20,000 nucleotides of DNA, from the IMG/VR virus record IMGVR_UViG_3300047160_026157. The stretch is one strand, 5' to 3'. Below, one piece after another: positions 1-11,101 of this stretch. The notes under the pieces are model-generated. The model saw nothing but the letters and a program-made list of their open reading frames with translations, had not been told where the DNA came from and did not search any database. The stretch comes from an uncultured virus (IMG/VR IMGVR_UViG_3300047160_026157) (lineage: Duplodnaviria > Heunggongvirae > Uroviricota > Caudoviricetes). Both the position numbers and the translations under genes were made by a program. Each line of letters opens with the position of its first letter. Position 1 is the stretch's first letter.

Positions 1-5
1 CGGGC

Positions 6-1418
6 GTGGCGGGACAGATTCTTGCCGGCATCAACGGTGTCGTCAACGACCCTGTTTACTCCTTCGCGTCGGACCCTGCCACGGGGATCTGGTCTCCCGG
101 CACCTATCAGTTTGCCATCTCCATCGCTAACACCTGTCAGGTCAGGGCCAGTACCTCTTTCTGGCTGTTCAACGCCTCGATAGACCTTCGCTGGGCCAAC
201 GCCCAGGCGGATATTGGCACGGCCGACGTGGGGCTTACCCGCGTCTCCGCTGGGGTGCTGGGCGTCACGAATGGGGCTGCCGGTACAGGCACCCTCTCGA
301 CAGGTGGGCTCAAGGTCAACGGCGTGCCCTACACCTGGCCCAACGTCCAGGGCGGTGCCTCGACGGTGCTGACCAACGACGGTTCAGGCACTCTGTCATG
401 GGCCGCGGCTGGCGGAGGCACCCCAGGTGGGTCCAGCGGCCAGTTGCAGTTCAACAACGCCGGAGCTTTTGGCGGCACGGTCGCGGTGGTCTACTCCACC
501 GCAGGCTCATTGCTGACCGTCACGGCCCAGGTTCCCACCGACAAACCACTGACGATTGTGGGGGCCGCGGCACAGTCCGCTAACCTGACTGAGTGGCAGA
601 ACTCGGCGGGGGCGGCCTTCGCTTACCTCACGGCTACCGGCATCTTCGCGGTTGGCAAGGTGGGCGGCACGGTCGGCACGACGGAGCTTCAGATCAGCCA
701 CGACGGCAACAACGTAAAGTTTATCAACAAAAAGACCAGCGGCTCATTCATCTTTCCGGTAGGCACCAGTTTCTCGCTGTGTGACTCCACATCTGGCGCC
801 TACTGGAACATCCGGCAGAACACCGGTCCCGCCTTCACGGTCTACAGTGGGGGCAGCTTCGCCTGGTCTAACTCGAGTGGGGCGGAAGGGCCCCTGGACA
901 CCCATATCCTGCGGGTGGTGCCAGGGGTTATCAGGGCTGGCGGCCTCTCGGATGGTAGCGGGGCTGGCTGGTTCCAGAACCCCGGCACCAAGCGCCTCTT
1001 GACCCAGGCGTCGAACGCCACCGTTACGATGCAGAGCCTGACCGACCTCACGGTGACGCTCCAGGCAGGGAGGAAGTACGTCGGCTACATAACGCTGTTC
1101 GCCAGGGACACCGTGGCGGCAGACGGGCTGTCTATCGACCTCAACGGCGGTACAGCGACCTTTACCTACATCGCTTTCGGCTTTACTGGTATGCCGGGCG
1201 TGTCGGCCTTTACGAATGGCTTCTCGGGGGCAGCGGGTACTCAACTCGCCATTACAAACATGGGTGGCACGGCCGACGTGGCGATCACCATCGCCGTCAC
1301 CATCGTCTGCAACGCTGCTGGCACGCTCATCCCTCGATACGCCCAGACAACCCACAGCACGGGTACGGCGTTCGTCGAGCAGGGGAGCTTTATCAAGCTG
1401 GAAGACTGCTACAACTAG
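6..1418 (+). CDS. Phage tail fibre / structural protein (470 aa; frame is open to the window edge, so it may be 5'-partial)
   Basis: Gly/Thr/Ala-rich, beta-rich composition. Contains motifs recalled from phage fibres: YTWPNVQGGASTVLTNDGSGTLSW, GGTPGGSSGQLQFNNAGAFGG, AQSANLTEWQNSAG. Confidence 0.7.
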   Translation: MAGQILAGINGVVNDPVYSFASDPATGIWSPGTYQFAISIANTCQVRASTSFWLFNASIDLRWANAQADIGTADVGLTRVSAGVLGVTNGAAGTGTLSTGGLKVNGVPYTWPNVQGGASTVLTNDGSGTLSWAAAGGGTPGGSSGQLQFNNAGAFGGTVAVVYSTAGSLLTVTAQVPTDKPLTIVGAAAQSANLTEWQNSAGAAFAYLTATGIFAVGKVGGTVGTTELQISHDGNNVKFINKKTSGSFIFPVGTSFSLCDSTSGAYWNIRQNTGPAFTVYSGGSFAWSNSSGAEGPLDTHILRVVPGVIRAGGLSDGSGAGWFQNPGTKRLLTQASNATVTMQSLTDLTVTLQAGRKYVGYITLFARDTVAADGLSIDLNGGTATFTYIAFGFTGMPGVSAFTNGFSGAAGTQLAITNMGGTADVAITIAVTIVCNAAGTLIPRYAQTTHSTGTAFVEQGSFIKLEDCYN

Positions 1419-1426
1419 GAGGCCAC

Positions 1427-1723
1427 ATGGCGACACAGGATCTCTCTACCAAGAAGCAAAGTTTCATGGCCAGGTACTCCGCCGCGGCCGAGGCGTTCCT
1501 CCGCTCGCGGGAGGTGCTGGCCGCACTCCACCGGGAGTGGCTGGCGAACGACTACGCCGACATCATCGTGCAGGACGATATCACGTCGGGTGCCCTGCTG
1601 CACCTCACGCCCGCGATCATGGCGGGCGGCATGTTCGCGCAGGAGCAGCTGGAGCTGCATCTGACGAACGGCCAGCCCATCCAGGGTGAGTACCAGACCA
1701 ACTGGAACGCCCTCGTGGGGTGA
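1427..1723 (+). CDS. Small hypothetical protein following the fibre gene (possible fibre chaperone)
   Basis: AGGAGG RBS, ATG start, GC3-rich codons, tight packing with neighbours. Confidence 0.75.
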   Translation: MATQDLSTKKQSFMARYSAAAEAFLRSREVLAALHREWLANDYADIIVQDDITSGALLHLTPAIMAGGMFAQEQLELHLTNGQPIQGEYQTNWNALVG

Positions 1724-1726
1724 GCC

Positions 1727-2263
1727 GTGGCCAACGAGCTGCAAGCGCACTACACCCCGGGCCTGTTCGTTTACGCCGTCCTCCGGCGGGCGGATGGCCA
1801 GTTCTTCAACGGCGCCGGCTTCGAGATGCCTCTGGGAGGCAACTGGGGCAATTACGCCATCTCGGCCCCCGAGCAGGGCGGGGTGGGCTACTACTACGCC
1901 TCGATGCCGGCGGGGCTGCCGGCCGGCCAGTACAACGCGGATTTCTTCTGGCGGCAGGGGACCACGCCGGCGGTCCTGGACACGATCATCGGCCAGGCCA
2001 GCCTGAGCTGGTCTGGCTCGGCGGACGACAGCTCGGCACAGATCGCCGACAGGTTTCTGGGCCGGGCCCTCCAGGGCGGAGCCGACGGCGGCCGCACGGT
2101 GCGCGACTCGCTGCGGGCGGGCCGCAACAAGGTGGCCTTCGACGTGCCCGCGGTGGGGCAGTTCACGGTCTACGACGAGGGGGACGTCAACCCGGCCTGG
2201 ACGGGCACCTACACCCGCGGGCAGGGCGGTCTGGGGCCGTTGGTGACGACCGACCCGGCGTAG
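1727..2263 (+). CDS. Hypothetical phage structural protein (178 aa)
   Basis: GTG start 3 bp after the previous stop; strong GC3 bias; plausible globular sequence. Confidence 0.75.
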   Translation: MANELQAHYTPGLFVYAVLRRADGQFFNGAGFEMPLGGNWGNYAISAPEQGGVGYYYASMPAGLPAGQYNADFFWRQGTTPAVLDTIIGQASLSWSGSADDSSAQIADRFLGRALQGGADGGRTVRDSLRAGRNKVAFDVPAVGQFTVYDEGDVNPAWTGTYTRGQGGLGPLVTTDPA

Positions 2264-2277
2264 GGGGGCTGAGAGCG

Positions 2278-2790
2278 GTGTTCAACTGGCTCTGGCGGTG
2301 GTTCGGCTGGGACGCCGGCGCCCCCTCCGAGTGGGAGGCCCGCCACGTCCCCCTGAAGGGCTCGGTTGGGACGCACATGCCCCTCTGGGGTAGCGTCGGG
2401 ACAGCGATGCTCCTGGAGGGCGGTGTCGGGACGCATATCCCGCTTTGGGGGGCCCAGACCGTGGCCATTTACCAGACCTGGGGCTGCTTCCGCGGCGAGG
2501 ACGTGCTCCTGACCGACACGCTCCGGCCGCCGGGTGGCATCACCGGCTGGGCCATCACCTTCACGCTCAAGAAGCTCTACACCGACCAGACCGTCCTCAT
2601 CACCAAGACGGTCGGCAACGGCATCAGCATCATCGATCCGATCAACGGGGTCTTCACCGTCGGCTTGTCGGCCCTGGACACCAACCTTCCGGCCGGCGAC
2701 TACCTGTACACGATTGCCAGGACGGACACCGGGGCACATACGGTCCTGACCTACGGCCCCGTTAAGATCCTGGACGACACCGTGTTCTAG
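2278..2790 (+). CDS. Phage structural protein with an Ig/BppU-like beta-sandwich C-terminal domain; alternative start GTG 2461
   Basis: FRGEDVLL..ITGWAITFTLKK..GISIIDPINGVFTVGLSALDT..GDYLYTI pattern resembles baseplate-upper/Ig-like phage domains. The N-terminus has four 10-aa repeats. Confidence 0.6.
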   Translation: MFNWLWRWFGWDAGAPSEWEARHVPLKGSVGTHMPLWGSVGTAMLLEGGVGTHIPLWGAQTVAIYQTWGCFRGEDVLLTDTLRPPGGITGWAITFTLKKLYTDQTVLITKTVGNGISIIDPINGVFTVGLSALDTNLPAGDYLYTIARTDTGAHTVLTYGPVKILDDTVF

Positions 2791-2792
2791 GT

Positions 2793-2820
2793 AACAGGGG
2801 GCTCACGCCCCCCGTTCGCC
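2793..2820. terminator. GC hairpin between convergent genes (bidirectional terminator or REP-like element)
   Basis: AAC-A-GGGGGC-TCAC-GCCCCC-C-GTT-CGCC lies between stops at 2790 (+) and 2820 (-). Confidence 0.55.
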
Positions 2821-3986
2821 TACAGGAAGTTCACGTGCGCCGCCGGCCGGCGGAGCGCTTCCAGGGTGGTGTTCTGCGTCGAGAGCCGGCAGGCGGGCGG
2901 ACACGCCTCGGCCGGCCGGATCGACCGTCGCACCAGGCGGGCCCGCTCGGAGTGCCAGACCTCGGGGAAGGTTGCCTGGTTGAGGTCTCCCAGGCAGAAC
3001 TCCTCACGCCCTTGCCCGTGGCAGCAGATATAGACCTTGCCCTCCGCGCTGATGGCCGCCTGGAGGAAGTGGGCGTGGCAGGCGGAGTAGGTCACGCCGA
3101 GGTCGGGCCGGCCGAGCAACTGGTACTTGTCATGGCTCCAGAGGATGCGGAAGTCGTCCCGCTCGAAGGCGGTCCTGGCGATCCGGTAGGCCGCTTCCAG
3201 GTCGCGGAAGTTGAGGGGCTCAGAGCCCATGCCGCCGCGGAGGCTGGGGTCATCGCCGGGCGGCAGGACCAGCGGGCGGAACTGCAAGTAGTCCAGGCCG
3301 GGAATGCCGGCACAGAAGCGGGCCATCTTGTACAGGTCGCCGCGGCTGACACTGGCTTTGTCCGTCAGGAAGCCGACGCCGACGGTGGGCCAGCACAGAC
3401 CTTGTTTCCAGCGGCGCTCCCTTTCTCTGGCGAAGTCGGCCAGGCGGAAGACCACCTTCCTGAACTCCCCCGGGCCCCGGCCGTGGAAACGGCTGAACGT
3501 CTCTGGGTCGTAGGCGTCGAGCGAGACGCGGACCCAGGAGAAGCCCGCGTACTCCTCCTCGGGCGTCAGGAGCGAGCCGTTGGTGATGAGGGCCGTGTCC
3601 AGGCCGCGCTCCCGGGCCTGGCCGGCCAGGGTCAGCAGGGCGTCCTGGCCCCACAGCAGCGGCTCCCCGCCGCCGGAGAACGTCAGGCCGCGGACCCCGA
3701 AGTCTGCCAGCTCCCCGACCAGGCGCACGGCCAGACTCAGGGGCATCATGTCCTTCTTGACGTTCACCCAGGCCCCGAAGGTGCAGCCGGGGCAGGCGTG
3801 GTTGCACAGCCACGTCAGGTCCAGCTCCACGGTGACGGGCGGCGGCAGCTCGCCCGCCTGCCAGGCGGCCAGGCGGTCCAGGTGGCGGAACATCTTGTCG
3901 CCGGCGAAGGGGTCCGGGCCCACTTGCTTTTCCGAGTAGTCAACCGCCGGAGCGGGGCTCTCGACCATCGGCAGGGCATTCAGCAT
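2820..3986 (-). CDS. Radical SAM protein with C-terminal SPASM/twitch domain
   Basis: CNHACPGC (CxxxCxxC), FSGGGEPLL, ITNG, VRVSLDA; C-terminal CHAH..AEGKVYICC..LGDL..FPEVW..CPPACR. Start assigned to ATG 3986, overlapping the upstream stop. Confidence 0.92.
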   Translation of the reverse strand: MLNALPMVESPAPAVDYSEKQVGPDPFAGDKMFRHLDRLAAWQAGELPPPVTVELDLTWLCNHACPGCTFGAWVNVKKDMMPLSLAVRLVGELADFGVRGLTFSGGGEPLLWGQDALLTLAGQARERGLDTALITNGSLLTPEEEYAGFSWVRVSLDAYDPETFSRFHGRGPGEFRKVVFRLADFARERERRWKQGLCWPTVGVGFLTDKASVSRGDLYKMARFCAGIPGLDYLQFRPLVLPPGDDPSLRGGMGSEPLNFRDLEAAYRIARTAFERDDFRILWSHDKYQLLGRPDLGVTYSACHAHFLQAAISAEGKVYICCHGQGREEFCLGDLNQATFPEVWHSERARLVRRSIRPAEACPPACRLSTQNTTLEALRRPAAHVNFL

Positions 3987-4519
3987 GGCGGCTCCCCCTG
4001 GAACTCGTTTTGGACTACCTCGAAGAAGGCGATCAGCTCGTGCGCCGCCCCCGGGGCCCAGCGGAGAATCAGCTCCCTGTCCCTGTCGGGGTAGAGGGCC
4101 TGGATCTCGTCGAACTCCATCGAGGGCACGTACTCGTCGCGTAGCCACCTGAGCCGCCTTTGGCCGCGGCCGCCCCAGTGCTCCCGGGCAAAGCGGTCAA
4201 GAGCGTCGGTCCAGTGGCGGAACTGCCGGACCGACAGAACGTGGCGGTGGCCGGGGGACAGGGCCATCGGGTTCAGGAAGTGCGGCACGCGGATCTCGAC
4301 GGACGCGCCAACCTTGCACACCCGGGCAATCTCCCAGAGGAGGACCCGCGGGTCGGCAACGTGCTCCAGGCAGTGGGAGCTGAAGACGGCTTCCACGCTC
4401 TCGTCCGGGAAGGGGAGAGGCCCGGCGTCCAGGTCGCAGTGGACGTCAGCCCCGGGGCAGACATCGACGTTCACGTGGCCTTCCCGCGGGTAGCGGCCGC
4501 CGCCCAGGTCGAGCTTCAT
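3980..4519 (-). CDS. Class I SAM-dependent methyltransferase (Methyltransf_11-like)
   Basis: MKLDLGGG..VNVD..LPFPDESVEAVFSSHCLEH..EIARVCKVG..IRVPH. Confidence 0.9.
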   Translation of the reverse strand: MKLDLGGGRYPREGHVNVDVCPGADVHCDLDAGPLPFPDESVEAVFSSHCLEHVADPRVLLWEIARVCKVGASVEIRVPHFLNPMALSPGHRHVLSVRQFRHWTDALDRFAREHWGGRGQRRLRWLRDEYVPSMEFDEIQALYPDRDRELILRWAPGAAHELIAFFEVVQNEFQGEPPC

Positions 4520-4725
4520 CGCCTTCCCCCCGCGTGCCCGGCCCGGAAGGTTTCCATCGCCTGGACGCTCCTGGTTGCCATCTGCCAGCCCTTGCAGAAG
4601 GGCGCGCCGCAGTCGCAGGGGACCGCCTCCAGGCCCACTTTGGGCAGGTCGCCCTGGGTGACCCCGCACCTCTCGGCGTAGTAGCGCTCGAACTCCTCCC
4701 GGGAGATGTGCTTCCTGTCGCTCAT
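4516..4725 (-). CDS. Small Cys-containing hypothetical phage protein (MSDRKHISREEFERYYAERCG..PCDCGAPFCKGWQM)
   Basis: ATGA overlaps with both neighbours; CxC-x4-C motif. Confidence 0.7.
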   Translation of the reverse strand: MSDRKHISREEFERYYAERCGVTQGDLPKVGLEAVPCDCGAPFCKGWQMATRSVQAMETFRAGHAGGRR

Positions 4726-6068
4726 GGGGTTCTCCGGTGCTGGTTGGCCGTCTTCCACCAGTTGAAGGCCGGGATCACGACCCCCCTGACATAAGCGTTA
4801 TGATAGAGGTTCATGAGAGGCGTCGGCGCCTCCCAGAATACGCAGCCCGCCTCGCTGGCGTCGAAGACTCGCGAGGGGAAGATTTCGCCGCCGAAGATTT
4901 GCGTCCGCTTGCCGCCCTCCAGGTGCCATAAGTCGGCCTCCCGCCAGGGGCGGGCGAACAGGTCGGCCGAGCGGGCCGCCCAGAAGGTGCCCGAGTAGTG
5001 CCAGCTCGAAAGGTTGCCGCCGAAGCCGTGGCCGAGCTTCTTCATGGACCCCACGATGGGGAAGCGTGAGAGCAGCTCCTCGACCGCGGGCCAGTAGTCG
5101 AGCAGAGCCTCGTAGAGGACCTCTACCCAGGGCCCGATGGCACTTCCCGGGTCGATGGGCCTGGTCACGCCCTTGCTGTGGGCGTAGAAGAGGACCCGGC
5201 CCCTGTCGTGGGACTCCAGCTGCGACAGGAGCGGCACCAGGCTGGCCACCTCGCGCAGCTCGGGGTCGTTGGGCAGGGTCAACAGCTCGAAGGTGCCCAG
5301 AGGCGCCAGAGCCTTGGCGACCTCTTCGGGCGGGTCCAGGCCGTCGCCGGTCATGCAGGCGATGACCTTCCGGCCGGTGAACAGCCGGGCCCGCTTGACC
5401 AGCATCTCCACGTTCCACCGCCAGACGGTGTTCGAGGCGACGGGGCAGAGGTGGTAGGCCAGGTCGCGGACGGGGAAGGCGGCGCCCTGGCTGGGAGCAG
5501 GTGGTGGAGGGTCCGCAGCCGTCTGACCCGCGGCCCGGGCCAGGGCCTCATCGAGCAGTACCACGGCCGGGTCACCAATTGCCAGCCGGGTCGCCAGCCC
5601 GGTCGTCACGGCGAGGGCGGCGGTCCGGACCCTGGCGACCCAGCCCAAGCTGGCCTGCTGGCTCCTGAGGCGGGCGAGGATCTCGCCGCGGTGGGCCTGG
5701 CACCAGGCGGCCCCGCCCCGGTCCATTGCGTTGGTCCAGGCTTCGCAGCCGCAGCCCGCCTCGCCGGTCAGTCCCAGGGACGCCAGGAGCTTCTTCAGCT
5801 CGGTGCCCGGCCCGAACCCGGGCGGGGTCTGGGGTGGGACGGCGTCTCCCAGAGACGGGGTGGCCAGCTGCTCCGGCAGCGTGGTGGCGCCTTCCAGCTG
5901 CAATCGCCACTTGCGGCGGAACGCCTGCGACTTCTGGGCGGTGACTCGCGGGTATCCTTCGAGCGACACGCCCTGGCAGACGGCGTGGGCGTAGGGGTCC
6001 TGGCGGAGCTTGTAGCGCGGGCAGTAGCCGGGGGCAGCACACTCGCAGGCCGGTTCTTCAATTGGCAT
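4722..6068 (-). CDS. Two-domain protein: Cys-rich N-terminal domain plus putative glycosyltransferase-like domain
   Basis: N-terminal CECAAPGYCP and GPGTELKKLL..CGCEAW; C-terminal FYAHSKGVT..WHYSGTFW, resembling the Y-x-H-[ST]-KG / HYSGNFW motifs of viral sugar-transferase-like proteins (from recall). Confidence 0.6.
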   Translation of the reverse strand: MPIEEPACECAAPGYCPRYKLRQDPYAHAVCQGVSLEGYPRVTAQKSQAFRRKWRLQLEGATTLPEQLATPSLGDAVPPQTPPGFGPGTELKKLLASLGLTGEAGCGCEAWTNAMDRGGAAWCQAHRGEILARLRSQQASLGWVARVRTAALAVTTGLATRLAIGDPAVVLLDEALARAAGQTAADPPPPAPSQGAAFPVRDLAYHLCPVASNTVWRWNVEMLVKRARLFTGRKVIACMTGDGLDPPEEVAKALAPLGTFELLTLPNDPELREVASLVPLLSQLESHDRGRVLFYAHSKGVTRPIDPGSAIGPWVEVLYEALLDYWPAVEELLSRFPIVGSMKKLGHGFGGNLSSWHYSGTFWAARSADLFARPWREADLWHLEGGKRTQIFGGEIFPSRVFDASEAGCVFWEAPTPLMNLYHNAYVRGVVIPAFNWWKTANQHRRTP

Positions 6069-6071
6069 GGC

Positions 6072-7442
<1,371 letters not shown>

Positions 7443-7451
7443 CGGCCGGCC

Positions 7452-9401
7452 TCACATGGCGTCGATGACGACCACTTCCAGGTCGTCCACCCACAGCCCC
7501 GTCTTCTGGTCGTAGCGGCGCCAGAACGCCTGGGAACCGTTGGCGTCGGAGCTGCCCGTCAGGCGGAACAGGTCCTCCCACGGCACCTCGTCGAAGACGC
7601 AGTAGGCGCCGGCCCCGACGCGCAGGAACACGACCGAGCGAGAGGGCCCCGTGGCGCTCTTCACAATCTCCGACTTGCCCGTTGACGGGTCGATGAAGGT
7701 CCACGTGCCGTAGGAGCCGCCCTGGCAAAGGCAGGGGGTGTCTGCGTGCCCCGAACCGGACCCGGAGCCCGACCCGGAGCCGGACCCGGACCCCGCCGGC
7801 GGTGGCACGAACAGGGGCCAGACGGGCAGGTCCAGGTCGCGGGTCTGGTAGGCCGGCCAGCAGCCGGGCTTGCCGCAGATGGACCCCTCGGTGTAGGTGA
7901 CCTGCTGGGGCTGGTCGGAGTCTGAAACCTTGACCCACGAATACTGCCGGGCGTTCCCGCCGTAGGTCTTGTTCAAAAGGAGGGCCGCCCCCGGGTCAGG
8001 CGGCGGGGAGGGGCCGTGGAGCAGCGTCTCCAGCTGGTCGGCAAAGGGCCCGCGCTCGCAGCGGGTCGAGACGCGGTCGAAGGTGTGCTCGTACTCGACC
8101 ATCTCGGTGTGCCCCTCCATGAGCCAGTTGAGGGCCCCCTCGTAGCGGGCCGTCACCCGGCCGAGCTGCCAGAGATACCAGTCGGTGGCGATCTGCGTGG
8201 CGAGGGTCTTCAGGTAGACGGGGTCCGAGGAGCAGGCCGTCGAGAGCAGACTCTTGGCCCCCGCGTAGCCGACGACGCCCTGGTACTGCGGTAGAGCGAG
8301 GTCCTGGAGCACGACCCGCACGGTGTACGCCGGCGTCAGCGGGTCCGGGGCCGAGCGGGGGAAGCTGACCGCCACGGCCCAGGGAGCCACGGCGTTCAGG
8401 TCCTGGCCCGACCCGGAGCCCGAGCCCGAGCCGGAGCCCCAGGGCGCCGCAATGTCCATCTCGTGGCCGGCGATGCGGAGGTTGGGGTAGGTGCCCGTCG
8501 TCTCCAGGGCCAGGTTCGACACCATCGCGTTCAAGCTGCTCGTCGGGGAGTAGACGAGCACGCGGCCGTCCAGGGTCCTGACCACGCGCTGGCCGACCGA
8601 GGCGGCCACCATGTCCAGGAGCACGGGGGCCGCCCGGTACGGGAGTGTCAGGCTGGCCGGCGGGCTGCCGTAGGCCGCCGGCACGGGGTCGTGGAAGATG
8701 GTCACCCCGAGGTTAGAAGCGAGCTGCTGATAGACCCCGTCCCAGCTGGTGATGCCCTGCCAGACGGTCCCCTGCTCCTGGACGCTGAGGGCCCCGGGCC
8801 GCAACCACCAGAAGTATCTCTCGTCTACCAGCGTCAGGAGCCAGAGGGCCCCGGGAGGCACCCAGGTGCCGGACCCGGACCCGGACCCGGACCCGGACCC
8901 GGACCCGGAGCCGGAGCCCGACGGCGGGATGAAGACCAGACGGGCGACGCGCGACAAAGGGCGGGGCGGCAGCATGAACATCTGCGTCTGCACCTGGCGG
9001 CGGCCGTCGTTGATGAGGAGGGGTTGGCTGCGGTAGGCGCCACTGCCGGACCCGGAGCCCCCCGACACGTAAACCGCCGTGCGGATGGCTTGAAGCTCGT
9101 CCTGATCGACCAGGTAGTGGGCGTGGGCGAAGCGGCTGGCTCCCTGCGGCCAGCGGAGGACGCCCAGGTGGAAGGGCTCCCGGCCGAACCAGCCCCGCCA
9201 GCCCATGTAGGGCGGGTACGCAGTGGGCACCGTGCCGGGCGTGGGGAAAGGGCCGTGGACGCCGGCCAGGTCCCCCATCTGCCCGGGGAAGGTCCGCTCC
9301 ACCCATTCGACCAGCCAGGCCGGGTCGAGAAGCTCGGTCAGCTCGGCCAGGGTGCCCGGCGCCGGGGGCGTCAACTCCACGCCTGCGAAGGAAACGCTCA
9401 T
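7452..9401 (-). CDS. Large probable tail/baseplate protein with four Gly-Ser tracts (start MSVSFAG at ATG 9401)
   Basis: LWLLTLVDERYFWW and LLDMVAASVGQRVVRTLDG resemble tail hub-type motifs. The upstream extension of the ORF overlaps the + gene at 9525 and is discarded. Confidence 0.7.
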   Translation of the reverse strand: MSVSFAGVELTPPAPGTLAELTELLDPAWLVEWVERTFPGQMGDLAGVHGPFPTPGTVPTAYPPYMGWRGWFGREPFHLGVLRWPQGASRFAHAHYLVDQDELQAIRTAVYVSGGSGSGSGAYRSQPLLINDGRRQVQTQMFMLPPRPLSRVARLVFIPPSGSGSGSGSGSGSGSGSGTWVPPGALWLLTLVDERYFWWLRPGALSVQEQGTVWQGITSWDGVYQQLASNLGVTIFHDPVPAAYGSPPASLTLPYRAAPVLLDMVAASVGQRVVRTLDGRVLVYSPTSSLNAMVSNLALETTGTYPNLRIAGHEMDIAAPWGSGSGSGSGSGQDLNAVAPWAVAVSFPRSAPDPLTPAYTVRVVLQDLALPQYQGVVGYAGAKSLLSTACSSDPVYLKTLATQIATDWYLWQLGRVTARYEGALNWLMEGHTEMVEYEHTFDRVSTRCERGPFADQLETLLHGPSPPPDPGAALLLNKTYGGNARQYSWVKVSDSDQPQQVTYTEGSICGKPGCWPAYQTRDLDLPVWPLFVPPPAGSGSGSGSGSGSGSGHADTPCLCQGGSYGTWTFIDPSTGKSEIVKSATGPSRSVVFLRVGAGAYCVFDEVPWEDLFRLTGSSDANGSQAFWRRYDQKTGLWVDDLEVVVIDAM

Positions 9402-9524
9402 CCAGCCGCGTATAGCCGCCCGGGGGGCCCGGGGGCAAAGCAACCCCGGTTTGCGGGCGCCCGCCAGAGGGGTGCAGACTGCCGGAACCTGTCTGGCGCC
9501 CGACACCTCGCGGAGGCTACGGAG

Positions 9525-10265
9525 ATGACCCAGGGCGACCTGCTGAGTGCCTTCCAGGCCCGCGGCGTGGCGGACTTCTTCGAGCCCCTCAACTGGGAGC
9601 GGGCCCTCACGCTGGCCGTCGCCCTGGCCCTGGCGGCCGTGGCCCTGGCGGGGCTCAGGCAGCTCGGCCGGGGCGGTGTGGCCCTGGCCGGGCTGTCGTG
9701 GCGGCGGCTGGTCCGGCCGGCCGGGCGGTTGACAGCCCGGGTCCTTTGCTGGCCCTTCCGCAGGGCCCCGGTGCCCGAGCCCGAGCCCAACCCCGTCATG
9801 GACTGGGTGCTGCTGTCCTTGCAGGACCCCGACGCCGTGTGGACCGACGAGACGCAGACCCTCCTGACGAGTGCCCTGGAGGCCCAGCTGGGCCTGGAGC
9901 CGATGACGCAACAGGACTCAGACCGCGTCTGGCGTCTGACCTTCCTTCGCACGGTCGATGACTGCATGAACGTGCTGGCCGACCTGGACGACGAGGAGAA
10001 GGGCACGGCCCTTCAGGCGGTCATCGCGGCCCGCGGCCGGGTCGAGAAGCGCGACCGCGACGCCCGGCGGGCCGAGGTGCTGGGCCGGCTGGCCCGGCGG
10101 TCCGAGTCGTTCCCGGGCGTGGCCCCGGACACGCAAGCTCCCGCGGTGCTGCACGGGCCGCCGCGGCCGGTCAACATCGGGGCCGCGCAGCCCCTGGGTT
10201 CCCCTCCCCAGCAGCCGGCCAGCTGCGAGCCGGGCGCCGGCAAGACGAAGCGTTACCCCTTCTGA
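9525..10265 (+). CDS. Hypothetical membrane protein (246 aa)
   Basis: GGAGG upstream of ATG 9525; hydrophobic segment ALTLAVALALAAVALAGL. Confidence 0.7.
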   Translation: MTQGDLLSAFQARGVADFFEPLNWERALTLAVALALAAVALAGLRQLGRGGVALAGLSWRRLVRPAGRLTARVLCWPFRRAPVPEPEPNPVMDWVLLSLQDPDAVWTDETQTLLTSALEAQLGLEPMTQQDSDRVWRLTFLRTVDDCMNVLADLDDEEKGTALQAVIAARGRVEKRDRDARRAEVLGRLARRSESFPGVAPDTQAPAVLHGPPRPVNIGAAQPLGSPPQQPASCEPGAGKTKRYPF

Positions 10266-10275
10266 GGGTCCAGGC

Positions 10276-11061
10276 ATGCTCAGACTCGCGCTGGCGGTGG
10301 TGCTGCTGGTGGGCACCACCGCCCCTGCCCTGGCGGACCCGCGGGCGGTCGTGCGTCTCGGGTCGCACGGCGCCTCGGGCGTGGTGATCGCCTCGGGGCA
10401 GGGGGTCAGTTATATCCTCACTGCCGCCCATGCGTTCGAGGGGCAGCAGCGGGCCAAGAAGATCGAGTTAGACGCCCCCGACGGCCAGGGCGCCGTCAGG
10501 ACGGGCGGTATCCGTCTGGTCAAGCTCGATTACGGCCGCGACCTGGCGCTCGTGGAGATGCGGCAGGGCCCGCTCCGCCACGTTTGCCCGGTGGCCCAGC
10601 AGGCGGGGCGGACGACGAGCTGCTACTCGGTCGGCTATGATAAGATGGTACTCCCCTCGGGCGGCCCGGGCGTGTACCCCGCCACGATCCTCGATCAGGG
10701 GCGGGCGCGCACCCACACCCGGGAGCGACCCGTTCCGGGCCGTTCGGGGGGAGCACTGATCTGCGACGGCCGCGTGGTCGGGATCTGTCATGGGTATGAA
10801 ATTGGCGGGAGGGGGATATACGTGTCCTTGACCGCGATCCACGAGTTTCTCGGCGGGTATCAGCAGCGCGGTCCGGGGGTGGCGGCCCCCGGCTATGGTC
10901 CTCGTGGGGCGCCTTATAGCGCTGGGGGGGGATACGCCCCCTATTCCTACGAGGGGGGCCGCTGGCAGGGGATGGCGCCGGCACCTTTCAGGGGCCCGCC
11001 GGCGCCACCCCGTTACTCCGAGTCTTTCAGCCGGCCCTACTCTCCGCCGGGCGGCACGTGA
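10276..11061 (+). CDS. Secreted trypsin-like (S1/Trypsin_2) serine protease with a Gly/Pro/Tyr-rich tail
   Basis: Signal peptide MLRLALAVVLLVGTTAPALA; catalytic motifs ILTAAH, DLALV, GRSGGAL. Confidence 0.88.
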   Translation: MLRLALAVVLLVGTTAPALADPRAVVRLGSHGASGVVIASGQGVSYILTAAHAFEGQQRAKKIELDAPDGQGAVRTGGIRLVKLDYGRDLALVEMRQGPLRHVCPVAQQAGRTTSCYSVGYDKMVLPSGGPGVYPATILDQGRARTHTRERPVPGRSGGALICDGRVVGICHGYEIGGRGIYVSLTAIHEFLGGYQQRGPGVAAPGYGPRGAPYSAGGGYAPYSYEGGRWQGMAPAPFRGPPAPPRYSESFSRPYSPPGGT

Positions 11062-11101
11062 AGGTAACTCAGAGGCACCCGTGTGGTGCCAGGAGGCGAC
11101 C

